A stretch of DNA of 32,000 nt, taken from assembly GCA_008080745.1 (NCBI GenBank), contig SHMX01000010.1, forward strand, positions 40,141 through 72,140. The letters run 5' to 3'. A model generated the notes under the pieces. That model did no database searches. It had not been told where the DNA came from and saw nothing but the letters and a program-made list of their open reading frames with translations. Below, piece by piece: positions 1 to 9,334 of this stretch. The first letter of the stretch is position 1. Each line of letters starts with the position of its first letter. The position numbers and the translations under genes were made by a program. The stretch comes from Candidatus Thorarchaeota archaeon (GTDB lineage: Archaea > Asgardarchaeota > Thorarchaeia > Thorarchaeales > Thorarchaeaceae).

Positions 1-1
1 C

Positions 2-274
2 TCAGTTAATCTTCAGGCTTTCAAACAGCGTCTTCATGAAGTGACTGAAACTCTGAAAGAGTTAGAAAAGCAACCAGATGATACAACTACCTACAAGTTT
101 GTAGGACAGGTTATGTTCCAAGTTGACAAGGTGAAAATTCAAGACGATCTTAAAATGGAAAAGAAACGACTTGAAGATACCGTACCTCGATTTGAACAGA
201 AGCTTGAAGAAACCAAACAAGAAATAACCGAAATTGCTACGAAGATTCAAGCACTCGGGCAAGGTAGCCAGTAG
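2..274 (+). CDS. pfdB: Prefoldin beta subunit, 5' part outside the window
   Basis: Frame is open from position 2 to TAG at 272-274. Coiled coil around the hairpin DDTTTYKFVGQVMFQVDK. Followed by DUF3194 and DHH genes, a typical archaeal neighbourhood. Confidence 0.85.
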   Translation, partial: SVNLQAFKQRLHEVTETLKELEKQPDDTTTYKFVGQVMFQVDKVKIQDDLKMEKKRLEDTVPRFEQKLEETKQEITEIATKIQALGQGSQ

Positions 275-287
275 TTTAGTGAACACA

Positions 288-590
288 ATGAGCCCTTTGC
301 TAGAGATTGGACTCCCCGATCTATCCCCTGACGAGCTAGAGAAACTAGCAGAAAAATGTGAAGAAGAGGTTTCCCAATATATTACGGAACGTGTTCCACA
401 AAAGAGCATTGAACAGCTTGTTGTAACTTGTTTACTTGAATTGTCCGATGATCGGCTTGATGTTATCATTAATATTGACATTATCCAAAAATACGAATCT
501 GGTCATGACCTAGACTCGATTAGTGACGATGCTATCGAGCATGCGATTGAATGGGTTGAAGACCGGCTTCGGGAGATGAAGGAGGCATGA
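288..590 (+). CDS. DUF3194-family conserved archaeal protein
   Basis: Likely ATG at 288 within track ORF 234-590. N-terminal IGLPDLSPDELEKLAEKCEEEV pattern, about 100 aa, acidic. ATGA overlap with the next gene. Confidence 0.7.
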   Translation: MSPLLEIGLPDLSPDELEKLAEKCEEEVSQYITERVPQKSIEQLVVTCLLELSDDRLDVIINIDIIQKYESGHDLDSISDDAIEHAIEWVEDRLREMKEA

Positions 591-1588
591 ATCTTCGCTC
601 TCTGAATTCTGCTGATAATGTGCTTATTCTCGGGCATCATAATGCTGATCCTGATGCAATTTGTTCCATGATTGCTTTCAAGGAGATTTATCAAAACCTA
701 CATCCTGATGCAGTCATAAACATGGCATGTGATGATATTAGCAAGCTGTCAACTCATGTCTTGGATATCTTTGCCCCAGATGAAACTATTCTATCAGAAA
801 TATCTGGTCAATATGACCTTGTAGTCCTATTAGACACTAATAGCCTATCTCAACTAGGCTCATTGGTCGAAAATCTTGCTCTGAATCCCGAAAACACTCT
901 GATTATTGATCATCACGAAGAAAGTGAAGAGGCGGCTAATATTGCTTCTACACGATGGATTCAATCTGATATATCTTCTACATGTGAAATGATGGTGACC
1001 CTATACGTGGACTCAGAGGTTAGCATATCCCCTCGTGTTGCCAACCTTCTTCTTACGGGTATTCTATTTGACACACGACGCTTTTTCTACGCTGGAGTAA
1101 CTACATTCGATTCTACTTGCAAATTGATTGATGCTGGGGCCAAATACAAGAAATGTGTGCAATCTCTTATCGTTCGTCCTGAACGTTCTGAACGTATAGC
1201 ACGGCTAAAAGCTGCAAGTCGATTAACGGTTTATACAATTGATGAATGGATTATTGTGACTTCGAAGATTGGTGCTTATGAGGCTAGTGCCTGTAGAGGT
1301 ATTATTGATTTAGGCGCTGATGTCGCAATTGTAGGTGGTCGACCATCGCAGAATAAAGTCCGTATTAGTTCACGGAGCACTAGTCATTTCTCCAGGTCGA
1401 CTGGAATCAATTTAGGTTTGGATGTGATGGCACCACTGGGCGAACTTATTGGTGGACAAGGTGGTGGGCATCAAAACGCAGCGGGTGCTAACGGTGTGAA
1501 AAACAGAAGTGAGGCATTAAAACAAGCAGTAGAGCTCATTAGGCAGAAATTGCAGGAAGGTACATCCGAAAACCAAACAGTACCCTAG
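587..1588 (+). CDS. DHH/DHHA1 phosphoesterase (NrnA-like)
   Basis: Motifs GHHNADPDA, LLDT, IDHH, GILFDT and C-terminal GGGHQNAAG. Confidence 0.9.
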   Translation: MNLRSLNSADNVLILGHHNADPDAICSMIAFKEIYQNLHPDAVINMACDDISKLSTHVLDIFAPDETILSEISGQYDLVVLLDTNSLSQLGSLVENLALNPENTLIIDHHEESEEAANIASTRWIQSDISSTCEMMVTLYVDSEVSISPRVANLLLTGILFDTRRFFYAGVTTFDSTCKLIDAGAKYKKCVQSLIVRPERSERIARLKAASRLTVYTIDEWIIVTSKIGAYEASACRGIIDLGADVAIVGGRPSQNKVRISSRSTSHFSRSTGINLGLDVMAPLGELIGGQGGGHQNAAGANGVKNRSEALKQAVELIRQKLQEGTSENQTVP

Positions 1589-1599
1589 GAGAAATCGCC

Positions 1600-2442
1600 A
1601 TGCCCTTAATTGAATTTGCTGATTTTAGTTTCAAATATGTTGGGGCTGACTCTCTTGCTTTAAAGCGGATAAATCTGACCATTAATGAGGGTGAATACGT
1701 AGTAATCACTGGGCCATCGGGCTGTGGAAAAACTACACTCTGTCGTGCAATCAATGGACTTGTTCCACATTTTCATAGGGGATACATTGGTGGCAATGTC
1801 ATAATTGATGGGATTAATACGCGTACCAGTTCTGTGGCGAATCTATCATCTATTGCCGGTATGGTTTTTCAGAATCCATCAAACCAGCTGGTTACGCTCA
1901 ATGTCGAACGTGAATTAGCATTTGGTCCTGAAAATTTGGGTGTTGACCCAGCAGAGATTACGAATCGAATCAATGAAATTGTTGAACTTCTATTTTTAGA
2001 AAACCTGTTAGAGAAACATCCCCATGAGATGTCAGGTGGAGAACAGCAGAGGGTTGCACTCGCAGCCACATTAGCCATGAAACCCCAAATACTGGTAGCT
2101 GACGAACCCACTTCTAATTTGGACCCGAAGAATGCTGAACACATCCTTGAAATTATATCCTCCTTGAATAAGCGTGGAATGACCGTTGTTCTCATAGAAC
2201 ACAGGCTAGATTTGGTTGCGCAAGATGCTACGAGAATTGTGTTGATGAATGCTGGTCGGATTGTAGCGGATGGAAAACCCCGTGAAATTTTAGTTGATGA
2301 TATTTGTCAAGAGATTGGTGTTGGTATTCCCAAAGCGACACAGGTATACAAAGGATTGAAAAAACGGGGAATACAACTCCCCTCGGTTCCATTATCTGGT
2401 GAGGAACTAGCTTATATTGTACAGGAGGCCGTTCTGAAATGA
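1600..2442 (+). CDS. ecfA1: ECF transporter ATPase A
   Basis: Walker A GPSGCGKT, Q-loop VFQNP, signature MSGGEQQR, Walker B ADEPT, EH switch. Adjacent to a second ATPase and EcfT. Confidence 0.9.
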   Translation: MPLIEFADFSFKYVGADSLALKRINLTINEGEYVVITGPSGCGKTTLCRAINGLVPHFHRGYIGGNVIIDGINTRTSSVANLSSIAGMVFQNPSNQLVTLNVERELAFGPENLGVDPAEITNRINEIVELLFLENLLEKHPHEMSGGEQQRVALAATLAMKPQILVADEPTSNLDPKNAEHILEIISSLNKRGMTVVLIEHRLDLVAQDATRIVLMNAGRIVADGKPREILVDDICQEIGVGIPKATQVYKGLKKRGIQLPSVPLSGEELAYIVQEAVLK

Positions 2443-3263
2443 TTAAGATTGAAGATATTCATTTCAAATACGAGGGAGTATATACCGCCCTCAGGGGGGT
2501 ATCTATCCAAATTGATCAAGGGGAACGTGTTGCAATTGTTGGAACAAATGGTGCTGGAAAGACGACACTGGTTAAACATATGAATGGCTTGTTACGGCCT
2601 CAAAGGGGTCATGTCTTTCTAAAGGACAGAGATACCAAACATATGTCGGTTGCCGAGATTGCTCGTACTGTTGGCCTGGTATTTCAGAGTCCCGATCATC
2701 AATTATTTCTGGACTCTGTAGAAAAAGAGGTTGTTTTTGGTCTTCGAAATCTTGGTTATTCTGCTAAAGAGGCAGAGGAACGGTGTCATAATACTCTGAG
2801 CCGTTTAGGTCTTGAAGGATTTGCAGACCGTTCTCCATTTACTCTATCTGGAGGTGAAAGAAAACGGGTTGCATTAGCATCGGTTCTTGCAACAGAGCCA
2901 AAGGTTCTAGCCTTGGATGAACCAACTATCGGTCAGGATGCGAAACAGAAAAAACTTCTTGCAGAGTTGCTATCCGAGATGAATGATGCAGGTTGTACCG
3001 TCGTTGTTGTCACACACGATATAGAATTTGTCGTTGAGTTCTTTCCTCGGACAGTTGCTATGTCCGGTGGTCTAATTGTAGGTGATGGCAAAACCGAATC
3101 ACTACTTAGTAATGAGGCGATTATCGACCTCTCCTCTTTATCTGCTCCTCAGACAACTTTAGCTGCTTCGGCATTGAGAAAGAAATTCCCAGAGGTTTCA
3201 AATAGAATAACCTCTGTGTCTGACTTGGAAGAAATCATAGTACGATTAGTGGGGGGATTATGA
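2439..3263 (+). CDS. ecfA2: ECF transporter ATPase A'
   Basis: GTNGAGKT, VFQSPDHQ, LSGGERKR, LDEPT, THD. ATGA overlap with the upstream ATPase. Confidence 0.9.
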   Translation: MIKIEDIHFKYEGVYTALRGVSIQIDQGERVAIVGTNGAGKTTLVKHMNGLLRPQRGHVFLKDRDTKHMSVAEIARTVGLVFQSPDHQLFLDSVEKEVVFGLRNLGYSAKEAEERCHNTLSRLGLEGFADRSPFTLSGGERKRVALASVLATEPKVLALDEPTIGQDAKQKKLLAELLSEMNDAGCTVVVVTHDIEFVVEFFPRTVAMSGGLIVGDGKTESLLSNEAIIDLSSLSAPQTTLAASALRKKFPEVSNRITSVSDLEEIIVRLVGGL

Positions 3264-3264
3264 T

Positions 3265-4035
3265 ATGTCATTTCTAGAGGTTTTTCAATACACCAAACAG
3301 GATTCAGTTATACATCAACTCGATCCGCGTTCCAAAATGGTCTTGGCGATCACCTCAGCAGCCATCTCTCTTATGTTTCTTAACATCGTCCCCCTACTAA
3401 TTATTCTCTTGTGCCAGATTCCTATTCTATTTCTTGCAAAATCTGTCCGAAGATGGCTAAGGAGCATGAAAGGTTTATCATTTCTGCTAATTTTCATTAT
3501 TGTCTTTAACACACTACTTTCGACAGTTGCGAATCCTTTTTCCTATTCAGTAGCTTTGACTATACGACTGATAGCCCTTATGACCTCTTTCTCAATATTC
3601 TTTCTCACGGTTCATCCTGATGAGCTATCTCAGGCAATGATTCAGATGCGAATACGATTTGAATTTGCATTTGCAATGAGCATGGCTATGCGTTATGTAC
3701 CAACCCTTGCACATGAAGCTTATTCAATAATGGATGCACAAAAAGCCAGAGGTGTTGAACTAGACAAAGGAAATCTGCTGAAGCGAATTAGAAACATGAT
3801 TCCTATCATTGTACCCTTAATCATTGTTTCAATCAGAAGGGCATTATCGGTTGCAGAAAGTATGGAATCCCGTGCATTTGGGGTTTCGCAAAATAGAACT
3901 TATCTGAAACGGTTGGAGTTTCAAAGACGTGATTGGATTGTAGCATTTTTTTCGATTGCTGTTCTACTATATCTGATATATTTCCTCTCCTTCTTCGGTC
4001 TCCCCGACTGGATGCTATGGGGCTTCTCGTTTTGA
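3265..4035 (+). CDS. ecfT: ECF transporter transmembrane T component
   Basis: LDPRSK N-terminal motif, several hydrophobic helices, and the two coupling motifs QKARG and MESRAF. Confidence 0.9.
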   Translation: MSFLEVFQYTKQDSVIHQLDPRSKMVLAITSAAISLMFLNIVPLLIILLCQIPILFLAKSVRRWLRSMKGLSFLLIFIIVFNTLLSTVANPFSYSVALTIRLIALMTSFSIFFLTVHPDELSQAMIQMRIRFEFAFAMSMAMRYVPTLAHEAYSIMDAQKARGVELDKGNLLKRIRNMIPIIVPLIIVSIRRALSVAESMESRAFGVSQNRTYLKRLEFQRRDWIVAFFSIAVLLYLIYFLSFFGLPDWMLWGFSF

Positions 4036-4167
4036 ATGACTTCAGGCAAATACTATATTAATTTAAAGAAGCATTTGCTTAGATTAACCGAATAGATTCT
4101 GATGTTTCACCATTAATACTCTCTGAATGGATGGCAGTGGTCTAGAATCAAGAAATAGTTGTTGAAT

Positions 4168-5514
4168 ATGATTGAAAACACTCGTATTAAAAGGTTAAAT
4201 CAAAATTCAATACAAGATGGTGAGTTTATTCTGTATTGGATGCAGGCATCCCAACGACCAAACTATAATCATGCATTAGAATATGCAATAGAACTTGCCA
4301 ACAGATATGAGCATCCTGTGGTTGTATTTGTAGGTATTACGGATAGATATCCTGATGCAAATCTCCGTTCATACTCCTTCATGGTTGACGGTCTCTCAGA
4401 AGCCCAAAAAAGTCTACTCAATAGAGGTATAGGGCTACGCCTTGAGGTTATCTCTCCAGAAGTTGGTGCAGTAGAATATGCAAAAAAGGCTTGTCTTGTT
4501 GTTGTAGATAGAGGATATCTACGTCATCAGCGCGAGTGGCGTACTTATGTTGCTGATCATATTCGATGCCCACTGATTCAAGTAGAAACGGATGTGATCG
4601 TTCCTGTTGAAGTTTCCTCGCCAAAAGAAGAATATACTGCTGGCACATTCCGACCAAAGATTAACAGAGTACTTGATGAGTATCTAGTCCCACTGGAACC
4701 TACCTCTCTGGAACATACTGGTCCCACAATACTTGATGAAAAATCAAATCAAACACCTGCTTGCATCTTGAAAGAATTAAATATCGCCAGAACAGTTCCC
4801 CCAATTGAATGGTTGGAACCTGGGTTTGATGCAGCCCTAAAACAATTTGAATATTTTCTAGAAAACGATTTAGACTCTTTTGAAGAGTTACGAAATGACC
4901 CTGCAGAAAATAATCTCTCTCATATGAGTCCTTATCTTCATTTCGGCCAGATTTCCCCTCTCTACATGGCATTGAGAGTGATTGACGCGGAGAGTCCTGG
5001 AGGACCCAGCTTTTTGGAAGAACTCATTGTTCGCAGAGAGCTAAGTATGAATTTCGTATATTACAATGAACATTATGACTCTCTGGAATGCCTTCCTAGT
5101 TGGGCCCAATCTACACTAAGCTCACATGCTACAGATGAACGTGAATACATTTACTCTGTTGAAGAGTTTGAGAAAGCTCAAACCCATGACCCCTACTGGA
5201 ACGCTGCACAGATGGAGATGGTACATCTAGGAAAGATGCATGGATACATGCGAATGTATTGGGGTAAAAAGATTCTAGAATGGAGTTCTTCACCTCAAGA
5301 AGCCTATCAGATTGCTATCTATCTAAACAACAAGTACGAACTAGATGGTCGAGACCCTAATGGATATACGGGTGTTGCATGGTGTTTTGGAAAACATGAT
5401 CGTGCTTGGAAAGAACGTCCCATTTACGGAAAAGTTCGTTATATGAATGCGCGGGGACTAGAGAGGAAATTTGACATTGAACGCTATGTTCAGCGTGTCC
5501 CTACAATACATTAA
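4168..5514 (+). CDS. phrB: Class II CPD deoxyribodipyrimidine photolyase
   Basis: YWMQASQR, NHAL, LSHMSPYLHFGQIS, FLEELIVRRELSMNF, MHGYMRMYWGKKILEW, ELDGRDPNGY are class II photolyase motifs. Start at ATG 4168 preferred over TTG 4159. Confidence 0.92.
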   Translation: MIENTRIKRLNQNSIQDGEFILYWMQASQRPNYNHALEYAIELANRYEHPVVVFVGITDRYPDANLRSYSFMVDGLSEAQKSLLNRGIGLRLEVISPEVGAVEYAKKACLVVVDRGYLRHQREWRTYVADHIRCPLIQVETDVIVPVEVSSPKEEYTAGTFRPKINRVLDEYLVPLEPTSLEHTGPTILDEKSNQTPACILKELNIARTVPPIEWLEPGFDAALKQFEYFLENDLDSFEELRNDPAENNLSHMSPYLHFGQISPLYMALRVIDAESPGGPSFLEELIVRRELSMNFVYYNEHYDSLECLPSWAQSTLSSHATDEREYIYSVEEFEKAQTHDPYWNAAQMEMVHLGKMHGYMRMYWGKKILEWSSSPQEAYQIAIYLNNKYELDGRDPNGYTGVAWCFGKHDRAWKERPIYGKVRYMNARGLERKFDIERYVQRVPTIH

Positions 5515-5592
5515 CATAGGACCAATACCTACTATATATGAACAGAGTTTATCTAATCTAGATATATTCTATATCTACTGGGGATTGTTAAG

Positions 5593-6216
5593 ATGTTTGA
5601 GAAGCTTCCAAAATTACCAGGAAAACTTGGTGAAATATTACCAAAATCTCGTGGGCCTGATTCCACAAAATGCTATACCTTGGCTGACTTGATTGAGGAA
5701 ATCAAACAAATTGAACCCACACCTCGTGCTCTATTTCTAATTGGACGTGAACTAATCTATCATGAGCTTCTCTTCTGTAAACGCAATCTTGGTGAGGAGC
5801 ATGAGATAACTCAGCATTTTACTGATCTGCTTGAGTTCATGCAGAGTGGATATGAACAACGACTTGTACGTGGTGAACTAGGAGTAGGGAGTAATACGCC
5901 AAGCACTGCAATTGATCATTTTCTCAGCGATAAACCAGCGTTATTCTTTGAATACCCTCTTGGACGAAGCAAAAAACAAATCCGGAGGATCTTGAATATT
6001 GCAAAAGAACAGACTGCGAAAGATAACGCAGAATATGAGAAAATGATTGATGGTATCAAAAAAGCCATTGAAGAAGAACCTGAGAATGAGGATCTTTGGA
6101 ATCAGCTGCGTCTTGTGCTATGGTTAACAGGTTGTCACGAAGAAGCCACCGAGGCCTTTGAAAAGGCAAAGAAACTTGGATGGGATCCGGAAACGTCTAA
6201 ATTAGTTGCAATCTAA
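5593..6216 (+). CDS. Hypothetical protein with a C-terminal TPR-like repeat
   Basis: EEEPENEDLWNQLRLVLWLTGCHEEATEAFEKAKKLG resembles one TPR unit. N-terminal part not recognised. Confidence 0.6.
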   Translation: MFEKLPKLPGKLGEILPKSRGPDSTKCYTLADLIEEIKQIEPTPRALFLIGRELIYHELLFCKRNLGEEHEITQHFTDLLEFMQSGYEQRLVRGELGVGSNTPSTAIDHFLSDKPALFFEYPLGRSKKQIRRILNIAKEQTAKDNAEYEKMIDGIKKAIEEEPENEDLWNQLRLVLWLTGCHEEATEAFEKAKKLGWDPETSKLVAI

Positions 6217-6387
6217 TTACAGTCTGCAGTCCTTTCAAACATCTTCTCGTGATGAGCAATGAGTGAGAATATAGATATCTTACCCATTGTTGATGTGATG
6301 GAACTTACTATTCCTTGCTATCTCTAACGGTACAATCCGTATTATTTCAAAACCACAACTCATACAATAGTAGGATAACCTATCCTA

Positions 6388-6759
6388 TTACTTTAGAAAA
6401 TCTTCTATCTCTAGTGGTTTTAGATCATGAAGGAATGCTTGGAATTCCAAGTCTCGTCCCTCTGGGTCTTTACCAAAGAATTGATAGATGTTGTAAACAT
6501 CATTCTTTCTTGGTTCTGTATTGGCCAAATGTTGTATTTTTTCATAGATCTGGTCAACTTTCTTTGGTGTTTTATAGAACAGAGTAATCATTCCCTCAGT
6601 TTCCGCATTATTTCTCTGACAGAACCCCAGTAGAAGATTTCCGTGGCTCAGAATTGTACAACCCTTCTGTTCCAACCATATCTTCAAGCCCAGAGTAGAA
6701 GTATAAAATTCAGTAATTTCTTCCAATTTTTGAGTTTCAAAGAATACAATTCCTGCCAA
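6388..6759 (-). CDS. VOC (glyoxalase/bleomycin-resistance) family protein
   Basis: FYTSTLGL and FFGKDPEGRDLEFQ, 123 aa. Confidence 0.8.
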   Translation of the reverse strand: MAGIVFFETQKLEEITEFYTSTLGLKIWLEQKGCTILSHGNLLLGFCQRNNAETEGMITLFYKTPKKVDQIYEKIQHLANTEPRKNDVYNIYQFFGKDPEGRDLEFQAFLHDLKPLEIEDFLK

Positions 6760-6771
6760 TCATATCACCAA

Positions 6772-7266
6772 TCAATCTTTCTTTACTCCGTAATAGGTCA
6801 TCATGTCTACATCTTTACCCGCCAGTTTCAAATACATCCAAACTTGCATTTTATGCATGGCAATATGAGTTGCCATCTCTTGGAGGTAGTGTGCAAGACT
6901 TTCTTTTACATCCTTCATATAGAATGGTGTAATCTTCTTCTCAAGTAGTTCGCTATGTGATGCATCCTTGAAAAATTCCACTAATTCTTCTGTTCCTGAA
7001 TCCAGCACTTCAAGCATTCCATGAATTGAATCTCGTTTTAATTTCTTTTCTAGTTCTTGGGCCTCTTCAGCCTTCTTGATGTCCATTGTAAATATGCGTC
7101 GGTCCATCTTAGGAATTTGCACTAGATGATTTGCAAGGTCTTTTAGGCTCTTTAAACCGTAACCTGGTGAGAAGTCCAAATCCACTTCCTTCGCCTTCTC
7201 CAACACCACTCTTGCTTGAGAAATCTCAGTTTCGATTGACTCTATCAATATCTCTGCTAAATTCAT
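6772..7266 (-). CDS. DinB-family protein
   Basis: SLKDLANHL and HIAMHKMQVWMYLKLAG His pattern typical of the DinB four-helix bundle. Confidence 0.75.
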   Translation of the reverse strand: MNLAEILIESIETEISQARVVLEKAKEVDLDFSPGYGLKSLKDLANHLVQIPKMDRRIFTMDIKKAEEAQELEKKLKRDSIHGMLEVLDSGTEELVEFFKDASHSELLEKKITPFYMKDVKESLAHYLQEMATHIAMHKMQVWMYLKLAGKDVDMMTYYGVKKD

Positions 7267-7573
7267 CTTGTTAACCTTCTAGTTTGATTTTACTCATCCA
7301 TCATAAGAATATTTGTTAGAAACAGGTTGAATCCAATAGTAATCGATTCAAAATAAAAAATAAGTCTAGCCCATTTTCCTAAGTCTCTGTTTCATTTTTC
7401 CGCACATTATCCCTCTCTAATACCTGAATTCCGAAACCGCTTTTGTCCGCAGAATAATATCTATTCTGTTCAATATACTAGATGGATTTGGTTAACAATC
7501 CCAGAAGTAATCTTTCGTAACTTCGTCTTGTTACTCTGGGGTTATCGTACTTGATTCAGAAGGTGTATAACAA

Positions 7574-7831
7574 ATGTCTACTATAGAAATACCCCGAAGT
7601 GCTCTTATCGTCTTAGATTGCCTGAAAGAGAATGGTCCGCTTCCTCCAAAGGACATCAGCAAGAGGGCAAATATCCCATTAAGGACTGTAAGTTTCGCTC
7701 TACGCAAACTTGTCGGCTGGGAGATATGTAAGAAAATCCCTAATCTGGCTGACATGCGTCGCCCTCTCTATCACATTGATCGTGATAAGATGCGTGCCGT
7801 TTTCATGAAATATGGCAGAGTCTTGACCTGA
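7574..7831 (+). CDS. Small winged-helix (MarR/ArsR-like) DNA-binding protein
   Basis: LKENGPLPPKDISKRANIPLRTVSFALRKL HTH, followed by the wing PNLADMRRPLY. Confidence 0.75.
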   Translation: MSTIEIPRSALIVLDCLKENGPLPPKDISKRANIPLRTVSFALRKLVGWEICKKIPNLADMRRPLYHIDRDKMRAVFMKYGRVLT

Positions 7832-7870
7832 TGAGGTTTTCTAGCATAATAACATTTGACAGTGATAAAT

Positions 7871-8290
7871 ATGATTCAACCAAACCAATTGGTAGAACAA
7901 TATATACAATTGGTTAGTAAACCATTCCAAGCCATGCCCGAATATGATGGTTTGGAATCTGTACACATGTTATATGAAACAGCCTGGGTCCGTATCCTAG
8001 TCATTCGATCAGAAGAGAAACCTGATTGTGCTAGTATTGAAGTTGAAACCTCTTTACCTCTCAATGCTTCAAGAACCTCATGTGATTGTGATGAATCAAA
8101 GGCTGCAAAAGAACTTCTTGATGGGATGATTCTCCACTTGAAGTATATGGCTGACCTATGTACACAGGGCTTCCAAGCAGATCTAGTAGGTCCTGACTGT
8201 TTATGGACCGTATCCAAAGAGTTCAACGAAATCCCCTCCGAAGATATCTTTAGATTTCTCTGTCCTCCAAATTGGAGAGAGTTTCGTTGA
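7871..8290 (+). CDS. Hypothetical protein
   Basis: Long ORF directly downstream of the wHTH gene, plausible ATG at 7871. No recognised motif. Confidence 0.6.
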   Translation: MIQPNQLVEQYIQLVSKPFQAMPEYDGLESVHMLYETAWVRILVIRSEEKPDCASIEVETSLPLNASRTSCDCDESKAAKELLDGMILHLKYMADLCTQGFQADLVGPDCLWTVSKEFNEIPSEDIFRFLCPPNWREFR

Positions 8291-8330
8291 ATTTACCAAA
8301 GGCGAATATCTGTTTTATATCGATGACGGT

Positions 8331-9233
8331 TTAATCATCATCTCCGATAATTTCCATCATTTTTTCATATCTAATGCCCGGGAAAAAATCATGGTATGTA
8401 CTTACTCGGGCGATAACTGTCTTCGCAAAGGATTGTTTTCGAACATCCCGTGTTATTTCATTCACTTCATTAAGAGTATCTACGGTAAGAAGCACAAACA
8501 TCTTCGGTTCGATAGCTGCACAATAGCCCTCCCAAAATGCTAGTCCATGGTTTTCTCTGAACCATTCAATGATTTCTTGATATGTCTTATTTTGATCATT
8601 GGTTGCTATATCTAAAATAAAAGGGATATCGCTTGCTGCTCCAAGTTCCCAATTTATGGAAAATCGTATAGCATCACTATTTTCAAGTTCTTTTAGGGCT
8701 TTTCTTACTCTTTTTGCTGTGAGTCTGGTCTTTTCTGCTATCCCTGCAATTGTCATCCTTGGGTCGTCTAATAGGACTCGAAGAATTCTACGATGAAATT
8801 TTGAGAGTTCCATTTTTTCTCCTTGTTTTGATATAATCGTGTAAATATCCAAATTTTGAACACCATCAAGGCCTCGTAAGTACTTTCCAAGAATCAAAAG
8901 GTCTTGATGATTCGTATATTCCGCAATGAAATAGTAGATTGCATCTGTATAGGCTGCTGCAGCTATTACTCCCACCCCATCCCCGACTAAGTTTACAAAA
9001 CCAATATCGTCCTGTGAACCATCGGTTTCAATCACCCCATAAACAAATTCACAATCTATCATGCCCGTGGAGAAGGAGATTATGTAATCGGAGATGATTC
9101 CATCATTTTCCAGATTCTGAATTCTGTTTCGTATTGCATTTGCGGTGATTCCGTGCTTGACTGAGAGTTCTCTGTAGGTAATTCTACAATTTTGAATCAG
9201 GTCCAGAAGAATACCTTTGTCGATCAAGTCCAA
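8331..9233 (-). CDS. Double-domain Lrp/AsnC-family transcription regulator, copy 1
   Basis: Two Lrp HTH modules (DLIDKGILLDL..NCRITYRELS and ELSKFHRRILRVL.DDPRMTIAGIA), each followed by a RAM-like region. TTG start preceded by AGGCGG. Confidence 0.8.
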   Translation of the reverse strand: MDLIDKGILLDLIQNCRITYRELSVKHGITANAIRNRIQNLENDGIISDYIISFSTGMIDCEFVYGVIETDGSQDDIGFVNLVGDGVGVIAAAAYTDAIYYFIAEYTNHQDLLILGKYLRGLDGVQNLDIYTIISKQGEKMELSKFHRRILRVLLDDPRMTIAGIAEKTRLTAKRVRKALKELENSDAIRFSINWELGAASDIPFILDIATNDQNKTYQEIIEWFRENHGLAFWEGYCAAIEPKMFVLLTVDTLNEVNEITRDVRKQSFAKTVIARVSTYHDFFPGIRYEKMMEIIGDDD

Positions 9234-9334
9234 CGTAATACCGCCTATGTGATGGAATTCTTCTCACGACTTGATACTTAGGAGTTTCCATTTCCGCTTA
9301 ATTCAGTAGAAAAATTCTTTTTCAGAAGATTATC

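Noticed and set aside
1600-4035. ECF module without an S component as a novelty
   Set aside because: Shared group II ECF modules with S components encoded elsewhere are well known.
6249-6320. Possible C/D box sRNA (GTGATGA box C in an intergenic gap)
   Set aside because: No CTGA box D at a suitable distance.
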